Positions 48,781-58,662 of a DNA stretch of 64,000 nt are shown in pieces. Below the pieces are notes generated by a model. The model made no database searches. It was given only the letters and a program-made list of their open reading frames with translations, and was not told the origin of the DNA. How positions within the stretch are numbered: position 1 is the first letter of the stretch; every line of letters begins with the position of its first letter. The position numbers were made by a program, and so were the translations under genes. Source of the stretch: Camelus ferus (lineage: Eukaryota); contig NC_045696.1 of assembly GCF_009834535.1 (NCBI RefSeq), positions 49,540,001 to 49,604,000 of the forward strand. Reading direction: 5' to 3'.

Positions 48781-51494
48781 CAGGTGGCTTCCCACGCCCG
48801 GAAACGTGCTAAAGGTCTGACTGCACTGAGACTAATGAGTTAACGCTTAGCATCTGGTAAGGTTGATCTAAGCTGTATTCCGTCACTACTATTTTGCCAG
48901 ATATTTATCACACCTCTCCCCTAAACCTAAATTTATATCTGTGCAGACTCCTGGGTCTAATTTGGAGAGATTTTTTTTCCCCAGTGAAATCTCTTACGAT
49001 ATTAAATACTGGTAATAACAAGAATAATAACATTTACTGAGCCTTTGCAATGTACAAAGTACTGGAATTCATTTAATCTTCTCAGCAACATTACGACGTA
49101 GGTATTTCATTATCATCCTCATTTTACAAGTGAGAAAACTGAGGCAGGGAGCAATTACGCAACTTGCAAGGGAACATTGTCAGTGAGCCTCCAGGGCCAG
49201 GACTGAATCACAGGAGTGGGGCTCTCCAGCGTTCCCACAGCATGCAGGGCTCGCCCAGGGCTGTTCACATGTTTTGGTGATTTTCACAAATAGTGTCATT
49301 GATTATGCTAATAAAAACACTTCCTCTTTATTCATGAACCTCTGTTATCAGAGGGTCTCAGAGGGTTAGCAGAATGGGAGAAAGGGAAGATCTGTAAGAG
49401 AGCTTTTGAATACTAGGATTCAGGTGAGGTTAAATTGGAGTACGGCTAAATTTATAAACAGATATCTATTATAAATATAGTTTTATAATTTTATACACAG
49501 TAGTCTGCATGGGCTGCCACATTGCATATAAAATCATTTTGAAGTTTGTAAGAATAACAGGTAATTGCAGGAATAATGGATCATGTGGACAGTGAATTTC
49601 TGGCAGAAGAGTGAAGATCTATTATAGTTTTTAAGTATGGCTAATCTGTGTCATCCAACTACAGACACTCCTAAAATTATGAAGGAAAGAGACTGTGATG
49701 ACATGTCATCAACTTGATTCTAGGATTTCTCTGTTCTCCTTTTCTCAAATTTTCCCTGCCATGTCTCTTCTTAAAAGCTAATCAAAGAGATCTCAGAGTC
49801 CTCAGTCATCCCCCTCCTGCTGGGGCCGTGCCATGCTGATGGTTAAACCTTAAGTATTCATCATGTAATGAGCTGCCTTGCATGTAATCCCCAGAGTATT
49901 TTATTACTACAATTTGACAGCAAGAAGTGTACCACCATTCAGTCACATTTCATTTACTCAGTATGCAATTACATCCCAGCTCACGGGTATGCGTCTGTAC
50001 GTTAGTGACATGGTTTCTGAGGATTTAATTTATAGCTTGGCAGTGTTTAGACTCTTAACGAGAAGGTAAGAGTATATGACACTAGTAAAATATAAAACAG
50101 CTGATTTATACAATCACAAGACAAAACTGCCTCAAATGTATATTATATGAAGAAAAGGGTTTTGTGGTCCACCAACTGAAAAACAGTACATAATATAAAT
50201 CTACATCCCAGGGGCCCATGTATAAGCACCATCAAAATAAGAAGAGGTCAGTTTAAGAATAATTCTTAAAGGAAATGAGATTTAAAATCTGAGCCTCAAG
50301 AGACAATCTGCACATGAATTGATGAGCTGGAGGGAAGAATATCTCAAGAAAAATCCAGCAGGGCAAGGTCGGGAGCTCGATGCAAAATGCAGGCCCTGAG
50401 CCAGTGTTAGTGCCCCCAGAATTCTGTAGGATGAGTTGGTCTGCTAGGACGACCTCCTACTGTAAACAGAAATTCTCCCTCTAACCTTCGGGATCAGATT
50501 GCTCGAGAAGGGATCTTGGGGAAAGGCAGAAAGCCGCTTTTGTATAATTTGTACTTTTTACTCGTTTTCCAGGGCAGAGTAAAGATCAGCACTGTCCTTT
50601 CCTCCCCTGACCCTAAGCTCGGCCCAGGAGGCACAGAAAATGGTCTGACGGGCCCTGACTGAGGATCACACAGCCTCCCGCCTCCCCAGCAGTCCCTTTC
50701 ACAGCCCGGCTTTTCACACTTTCGGATGATGGAGACCCCAGCCTTCCAAACTAGCCAGTGACGAATGCTAGCCAGCAGGAAATCCTCCCCAATCTCCCAG
50801 GCAATCTGCTTATGATGAGCCTGTGATTAACCTCATTAACACACGTGTTTACCACCGACATCATGAGCAGTCCGTCAGACATTACGCAGAACCATTAAAA
50901 AACAAGAACAGCTATTAGCCTGTTCAGTGCACGGAGCCTGGTGCTCCGAGCTCGGCCTTCAGGAGCAGTCAGTCAGGCACCTTAGTCACGAGCTGCATGC
51001 GCCTGGAAATGAGACACACATTCAGAGCCCTCATCCTTGGGTGCCTGGAGGATTATGCTCTTGAGCCAGCTATCCGAGGACTGCAGTCCAGGGAGTATAA
51101 ACGCACGCTGGACATTCCTCCAGGAAGGGATTCCTGGTGCCAGGAGGAGAAAAAATACAGTATTTCTGGAAACCCAAGCAGCAGAGCTCTGAATTGGGAC
51201 AATTAAAATAGCAATTCCCTGTCCTTCAGCTGCGTCTCAGAAACTAATTAATGCTGTGGACGTGGCTCGCTAATTATTTTCAAAATCACCACCATCCTCA
51301 GAGGCCCTGCTGGAGGCCCATCCACTGACTCCAAGTGTTCCCCGACTCCCTCCCTCTCCTGGGAAGGGCAGTTTCAGAGTCAGCAGGCATGATTGAAGTC
51401 CTCCCAGATTAGTCCAGTGGGCTGATCTCAACCCCAAGAGCTGAGGGTCAATTTTGAGAGCATAGGAGGCACAACTTGTAGACAGGACTAACCA

Positions 51495-52000
51495 CAGGGC
51501 TTCTCCAGCTGTGGTCCAAAGAGTCCCAAGGGAGGGTATGGGTGGAATTTAAGAAGTTTGTGAGTTTGGATGGGAGAAGCACTACATACTTCCTCTTAGC
51601 CTCTGGCTGGCCACTGATCATGAGTGTGGGCAGGCACCCATGGCAGAGCTGGCACCACCTGTGGCTTTGTCCCCATAGAAACCACAGATTTCCCGTATCA
51701 CATTTCATTTAGTGCAGATATCTTGAAATATCACAGATCTTCATCATTCACTCAAAATTAGGGAAACTATTAGACTTACAGCAAAATGTTTTTGTTGACT
51801 GTGTTTATGATGAAGCACATACATTATTAATTTATTACAAATTTCACTAGTCTGTTGGTGGCCATATATCCATCTCATTGATTCTCCTTGTTATCCTGTT
51901 TGCTTTATTTTAAGCATTCATTTCAAGCAATCTGAGAAGGGGTCAGGATTTTACCATACTTCCAAAGGTGTTCATGACCCGAAAAAAGTTAAAAACCTTA
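51495..52000. mobile_element. Old hAT-Charlie-like DNA transposon remnant
   Basis: Termini 'cagggcttctccagctgtggtcc' and 'ggtgttcatgacccgaaaaaagttaaaaacctt'. Confidence 0.55.
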
Positions 52001-52188
52001 GTGTTTGACATATAGCAAGTTCTTAAATCTTTGCTTATTGATTCTTCTAAAAAAAATTAACAATTCTTGAATTTCCACATGGGTTTGTATCTGTGTGCCT
52101 TTCCTCCTAGCAATCAGTGTAAAGCCAAGGAGTTAACGTTCAGCTTGTTCATAAATTGCCCTCCTTTATTTTTTTCTGAATATTTCAG

Positions 52189-52430
52189 GTTCTCATTTTC
52201 TATCACTGTCCCTTCTACAAGCAATACCCCTTCCTGTGGCCTGGAAAGAAGATCCCAGCGCCCTGGGCCAACACCACCAGCGTAAGCAAACTCATCCTCT
52301 TCTTGGAGACCACGCTGAGCGAGCGCGCCCCCCGCGGCTCCTTCCACGTCTCGCAAGCAATCCTCACGCCCAGGGTGAAGACCATCGCGCGAGGCCTGGT
52401 TGGTGGCCTCAAGAACACTCTGGTCCATAG
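52189..52430 (+). CDS. PLCXD2: PLCXD2 coding exon 3 (242 nt)
   Basis: Acceptor 'tttttctgaatatttcag|GTT', donor AG|GTGAGA. Encodes VLIFYHCPFYKQYPFLWPGKKIPAPWANTTSVSKLILFLETTLSERAPRGSFHVSQAILTPRVKTIARGLVGGLKNTLVH-R. Phase 0 in, phase 2 out. Confidence 0.97.
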
Positions 52431-52520
52431 GTGAGAATTTGCTTCCATCCCATGAGCAAGGGTTAAAAATTTTTTTATCTTGAGTCTCTTCTGAATAAAT
52501 AGCAGTAAAACCATATATTG

Positions 52521-52826
52521 TTTTTTCATTGAAGTATAGTCAGTTTACAATTTCTGGTGTACAGCACAATGCTTCAGTCATACATGAATATGAATATATT
52601 CGTTTCCATATTCTTTTCACCATAAGCTACTACAAGGTATCGAATACAATTCCTTGTGCTATACAGTATAAACTTGTTTATCTGTTTTATATATACCAGT
52701 CAGTATCTGCAAATCTCGAACTCCCAATTTGTCCCTTCCCACCCCCTTCCCCCGCAACCATAGTTTGTTTTCTATGTCTGCGAGTCTGTTTCTGTTTTGT
52801 AAATAAGTTTGTTTGCTTTTTAAAAG
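52521..52826 (-). mobile_element. Antisense 5'-truncated L1 3' UTR, same family as 14491-15071
   Basis: Reverse complement of the 14730-15040 sequence ('ttgaagtatagtcagtttacaat...gcttcagtcatacatgaa...tctgtttctgttttgtaaataagttt'). Imperfect TSD AAAACCATATATTG (52507-52520) and AAAACCTTATAGTTG (52846-52860). Confidence 0.88.
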
Positions 52827-54540
52827 GATTAAAATAACAAAACAAAAAACCTTATAGTTGAAAAAGTTGTGTACTTGAGGTGGCTTGCTTTAACCGTACC
52901 CAAAGGATCTCTGAATATGCTGTTAAAATGTACATATTACTCCATAAATACTCTCTAAATTTCAATACAAAGGCAAAGCAATTTCAGCCACCACCAGTCT
53001 GTTCGCGTCTGGCTCGCGGTCACGTTTTGTTCTTGCCCCTGCCTTTGAAGCTGGCCCAAGCACTCACTCTTTTAAGAAGCATTAAATGAGACTTCTGTGC
53101 TAGGTGCAAGGGGCTCAGAGATGGCCCTCCAAGGACTTAGGGTGTCCTTCTCCCTTCCTCAGTGACAGTGAGTCCCTGTCAGCTTAGGACGCCACCCACC
53201 ATGCCATAGCTTCAGAATCTTCCTCAGAGCAGCCGATCCTGACTGTAAAATTAGGCAGGAGAGGCTCCAGAAATTTTGTATTAGATGATGTTCTTTATCC
53301 TGGGCACTGATAAATGACAGGTGTTGTCGAGGAAAAGGATGGCTTGTACATATGTACATGTGTGTGTGAGTGCGCCTATGTCTGCGCGTATGTCTATTCC
53401 TATGACTAAAGGGAATGTTATAAATATATTTGGATAATAGGGCGGCCCTTGCAGTCCGAGGATATTTACAAGAATCACTTTGGTTCCCCAGTTCCAGGTG
53501 CTGAGCACCAGAGTTCCGATAATGAAAGAGTCATCCAAAAAAAAGTGTCCCTGTCCATTTGGTTCTGAGTTTGGGTAGCATGATTTCAGATAATAGGAGT
53601 TCACCTGGCAGGAGTTTGGATAACAGACTGAGAGCTCCTGATTGTGTTGCCCACTAACAGAACCAGAAACCTCCTTCTGTGTGACTCTGCTAAGTCTTAG
53701 CTGAATTACCTGTACTTAACTTGGAAAAAAGGGTTTCCTAAACCAAGATCAGAATTATGAACTTTCTTTTCTATAATAATAGGTTCATATAGTTATACCA
53801 TTTTCCTCATGTGTATAGATTGAGATTATTTATTTATTTATTCATTCAACAGTGAATAGGAGCTAGGTCCACAGACACAAGAGGAATCATATAGTTATAG
53901 TCTCTGCCCCATGGAACTTACAGTCTATCAGGAAAAATAAACGTGTAAATTCCTATCGCTGTAATGAAGTCTGTGCAGAGAGCTGTGCTAATAAGGGGGA
54001 GTAAGTCTTTAAAAATAAGTAGCAGTTATTTCTGTAAACTGTATTCTGAACATAAGAGTACCCCCTTGCAGATGATTTCATTTGATTTTTAAATTAAGCC
54101 AGTCTCTAGAAGGCACCTTGTCTGAAGCACGTTATTGCCACCATTTCAAACGGGCTCAGTGAGGTCGAGCAAACCAGACCCGCATAGCTGGTAGGAGTCA
54201 GTATTGTCTCAGCTGCGGACTGCTGCTTGTTGGACGGTTGGCCTTTTCAGCCTTCAGCACTGGCTTAGACGTAGCACATTTCAGTGCCCTGTTGTTCCTT
54301 TCTGCTCCACTGGCCTGTATTTGTCTGGTCAGCTCTTGGAGGCTACAACTCTGAACCCACAAAGTCGCGATGCTTTTCCTACTTGTGAATTCCTAGAACT
54401 TTAATCTACCTGCTCTTGCACTCGGTGGTAATGATGGCGCACGCCCCCAGAGCCCCCGCGTCCTAGCACGCCTGAGCCCTGGCCCGCGGGCAGCAAGCCC
54501 GTCAGCAGGTCTCCGAGATCGGAAGGATACTGGAGCATTT

Positions 54541-54570
54541 CGCCCCCTGCTGGTCATAAGAATATTGCAG
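54541..54570 (-). promoter_or_regulatory. Strong CTCF motif with upstream (ZF9-11) module
   Basis: Minus strand reads CTGCAATATTCTTATGACCAGCAGGGGGCG: a near-consensus core plus TGCAATA starting 16 nt before it. Confidence 0.65.
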
Positions 54571-55329
54571 AGATGCATCAGCATTCCTAGGCCTCCACAT
54601 CAACTGCTTTGGACAAGTTTGTTCGCAGACGCCAGCATAATGTGTGGCAGTCATTTCCTCCAGGCTACTGAACAGGCATAAGGAAGAAGCCGTGTCACAG
54701 TGCCTTCCCTGTCCTGAGGCACACGGGATGCTGTCAAACTGGTGCTGGGAACCGGTTATCAGCCCAACTGAGAGCAAAGGACAAGGTCAATTCTCATACA
54801 AATGTAGAGGTGGGTTTCTCAGCAGAGTTAACCTCTCTTCCCTCTAACTCTTAGGTCAACTTAGGGCTTGAGATTTTGTTCTTTTTGGTTCATCACCCTA
54901 AAAGGAAGCCATGAAAAATATAGACTTATCTCCATTTTACTAAGATCGTCCTCTGAGGTTTTGTCTTGTTCTTCCGTTGGGAATGTTTGCCTCTGTCTCC
55001 TCGTTCTGCCTGGCGCTGTGTCAGTGACCTCCCCATCTAGGAGTGGCCTTGTGTAGCCAGACTCTCAGTTCCCCCTTGGCCGCTGGAGCTCGGGACTCAA
55101 GGGGTGTCACCTGATGGCTTCTCCCGCCTGCCTGCTGTGACGCAGGGGTGACACACAGCCATTCTGACTGAATCTCTCTGCTAGTTCTCCTGAGAGTCTT
55201 AGAAACCTTGCACTCCCACTGCAATCAAACGAAAGGAAGTTTTGCCTAAGCCTGAGGGCCCAGCAGCATGGGGCCAGAGAAGGGGACGTGGACTGAAACT
55301 AGAGGCCCAAGATTGAAGCCTGACTTGGT

Positions 55330-55712
55330 CCCTTGTGTTCCCTGAAAATTCCTATGTTGAAGCCCTAACCCCCCAGTACCTCAGAATGTGACTGTATTTG
55401 GAGATGGGGCCGGTAAAGAGGTGGTCGAGTTAAAGCGAGGCCATCAGGGTGGGCCCTAATCCAATCTGACCGGTGTCCTTATGAGAAGAGATTAGGACAC
55501 ACAGAGACACTAGGGATGGGTGTGCACGGACAGAAGACCCTGTGAGGACACAGGGAGGAGGTGGCCATCTGCAGGCCAAGGAGAGGAGAACCCAGACCTG
55601 CCCACACCTTGATCTGGACTTCTCAGCCTCCAGAGCCCTGAGGAGTAAATTTCTGTTGTTTGAGCCACCCCGTCTGTGGTGTTTCTTACAGCAGCCCTGG
55701 AAAACGAACTCT
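55330..55712 (+). mobile_element. MaLR MLT1A/B-type solo LTR
   Basis: 'aaaattcctatgttgaagccctaaccccccagtacctcagaatgtgactgtatttggagat...gggccctaatccaatctgac.ggtgtccttat...ggacttctcagcctccagagc...aaatttctgttgtttgagccaccc'. Confidence 0.9.
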
Positions 55713-56343
55713 GTTAACAACAAGCTGCCTTTGACAAGTTTCCCGAGGTCTCTGAGCTTTGGTTTTCTCACCAGTCAAAGGGGGTTAATAATGTCGCACC
55801 AGGTCGTGGTGTCTTAACATGAAGTTAAGTGCTGACCACAGTGCCCTCCACAAAACAGGCCTGCCATCCCTGTTGTCCCCACAGTGACAGCCCTGCTCTC
55901 CGGGGGCCTCAGAGCCGGAGGGGAGGGAGGTCAGGGACTGGGGCCTCACGGCCCATCAGCAGGACCTGGTTCAGCCCTCCGCACTGATCTCTTGGTAAAT
56001 GCCAGGAGTTAAGAAAACAAAGTGGCTCCTCCTCGCCTTGAGTTCTGCATTTCCCCTTCTTTGTTCCCAATCCTGGTTATTTGATCCTTACCTAAGGGAA
56101 GACTGACACCTGGCCTGGAAGCTGACCCAGAGCCTTTGTGACGGAGGGGAGACAGCCAGTGCTCACCCTCCCACATCCCTGTGCTCAGCCTCCAGTCTCC
56201 ATCCAGGAGGTTTGGCTGGAGTCGCCGCAGGGGCCTTGACCAAACCTTCCCTTCGCATTTCCCTGTGATGACCAGAAGGTGGCGCCTGCACCCCATACTT
56301 AAACACGACCTAGCGAGGTTTTTAAAAGAAGGCTTCAAAGCAT

Positions 56344-56420
56344 GAACTATTATGCTGAACACCAGAAACTGACATAACATTGTAAACTGATTTAAAAAGG
56401 AGGAGGAGAAGGAGAAAAAG
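56344..56420 (+). mobile_element. Extremely 5'-truncated (about 77 bp) L1 3' end with 18-bp TSD
   Basis: 'tattatgctgaacaccagaaactgacataacattgtaaactga' matches the end of the L1 at 14985-15030. TSD AAGAAGGCTTCAAAGCAT (56326-56343) and AAGAAGGCTTGAATGCAT (56421-56438). Confidence 0.8.
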
Positions 56421-57494
56421 AAGAAGGCTTGAATGCATCAGGCTCAGTGCTGCCGTGGCCTTCGTCTGGGCCACTCTGTTCCAGGTCTCTATCCCCAAGG
56501 CATGTCTGTATTTGTGACCCTTCCCTCTCAGGCTACAACATTTTGTCACCGAAGCAGCAGGGTGTGGCCCCTTTAGGAAAGTTTCTTACTCCCAGCCCCC
56601 GAATCTCTCTACCAATCACGAGTCCTTCCCTCCTGCCAAACACTCACATAGTACTTCCTCCGTCCTGGGCACTACTCTAAGCGCTCTACACCTAGTACTG
56701 TATTTAATTACCCCAAAAAGCTGTGTGAAGTAAGTATTATTATCCCCATTTTACAAGGGAGAGACTGAGGCACAGGGAAATTAAGTTACGGACAAATCAA
56801 GTTTATTATTGTCTTCAGTAGTCCCAGTTAAAAGTGGAAGTACCCCGGTGCTGGTGGCCCATGAAGTCATAGTCAGCTATGAATACAAACATGCAGACAG
56901 ATACATGAGATGTGTTTTAGTGCATGGCTGACTGGAGAGTCTGCTGAGTGAGGGAAGAGGCCCAGGGCTGATTATTGTTGTCACTGTAAGAGGAAAAGAA
57001 AGAGGAGAAGGACAAAATGCTACCAAGGCCTTGGCAGGGTTTCCTAGAAGACTGAGAAGTCGGTATGTATGCTCAACGGAGGGAGGGCAGCTTCAGAGGA
57101 GACAGGAAACAAGGAGATGGCAACCAAGGAGAGCGTTACCAAAAGAAGAGAAAGGGGGCAGTAAGCAATAAACTTAGCTTATTTTCAGTTTTGGTCTAGA
57201 GCAAATTCTTCCTCAAAACACTCCAGTCTCTTTACCAAAACATAAGCTCCAGTTTGTCTTCCCCGTAGCATCTTCAACGTAGCCAGAACTTGGTGAGCTG
57301 TCTTTACCATGATGCAATACCGTGACGACTTCATTGCTCCCTCCTCCATGTCAGCGGTGGTGTTTTATGCTCACTGCTAATATAGGAACTATCACATTAA
57401 CTGTCGTCATTTGTCTATGTCACTGAATTGTGAGCTTCTTTGGGGATAACATTCTGGCTGTCACATGGAAAGCCCTTAATTATAACATGAAAGA

Positions 57495-58185
57495 AGATAG
57501 AATACTATCCAGTGACTAAAAAAAATAAAGAGGTGGAACAAATTGCTGATGCATGCAGCAACGCGGTTGAATTTCAAAACCTTAATGCTGAGTGGAAGAA
57601 CCTCACATGCAAGCACACATATTGCATGGCTCATGCTTGGTTCTAGAACAGGCAAATTTAACCTGTGGTAGAAAAAAAAATCAGTATAATTATTTCCTCT
57701 GGAAGAATGGGGGCAGAGATTGATGGAGAAAGTGAATGATGGAGCTTTCTGGGGGCGCTGGTAACGTTCTGTACCTTGAGATGGGCATGGGTAATATATA
57801 TATGTTTGTCAAAACTCAGCTAGTATACACTTAAGATTTGTGCATTTTACTGGGTATAAACTTTATGTCAAAAAAACAAATTGAAAACAGATATTGAACG
57901 TTAGTTAATGATTTGCATACTGAGGTTTTGAGGGGATATTATGTATGGATAGATAGATAGATGTATAGGTGTATAGTGTATAGATGTTTGCAGTTGGAAT
58001 ATGTCAAAAATGTAAGATGGATTGATGGAAGGATAGAGTGATGGACTGCTGGACAGATATATGGTAGGCAAGTTTAGTAAAATGTTAGTGGTAGAATCCA
58101 GACGGTGGATATACTTACTGTAAATTTCTTTCAATGTTGCAATATGTTTGAAAATTTTCATGATACAATTCATGGTAAAAAAAAA
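57495..58185 (+). mobile_element. Old L1ME/MC-type 3' fragments
   Basis: 'gaatactatccagtg...gatgcatgcagcaacgcggttgaatttcaaaaccttaatgctgagtggaagaa...tacacttaagatttgtgcattttactg'. Confidence 0.7.
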
Positions 58186-58502
58186 TTAACCTACTAATAA
58201 TTAGACTGTTGATCTTAGTTTTTTGAGGTCCCATTGATGTGGTATCTCTTTGGTGACTGAGATAAACAATTTCCTTTTCCAGCACAGAAACCCTGGAAGT
58301 CCTGTTCTCTAGTGGAATAGACATCACTCTGTCCCTGAAAGAGATTTAAGTTTAAATGGACAAATTAGGGGCAGGGGGGCTTGTGCTTCTGTTGGCATAC
58401 TTTTGTTACATTAACAGAAATGTTTGGTTTGCTCCTCTTTCTGGAGGAGTCCTTCTAAAGGCTGCTCTCTCTTATCTCTTCCCCCAACTCTCTCCTGTGT
58501 AG

Positions 58503-58662
58503 GAATCTTCCTGCCATCCTTGACTGGGTGAAAACTCAGAAGCCTGGAGCCACGGGCGTCAACATCATCACGTCTGACTTTGTGGACCTGGTGGACTTTG
58601 CCACGACTGTCATTGAGTTGAATGACCTCCTCCAGGAGGACAGAGCTTTGGCTAAATGCTGA
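58503..58662 (+). CDS. PLCXD2: PLCXD2 terminal coding exon 4 (160 nt including TGA)
   Basis: Long pyrimidine tract, then 'ctgtgtag|G'. Encodes NLPAILDWVKTQKPGATGVNIITSDFVDLVDFATTVIELNDLLQEDRALAKC*. Exon lengths sum to 163+461+242+160=1026 nt, i.e. 341 aa plus stop. NII..DF is the PI-PLC last beta-strand motif. Confidence 0.95.
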
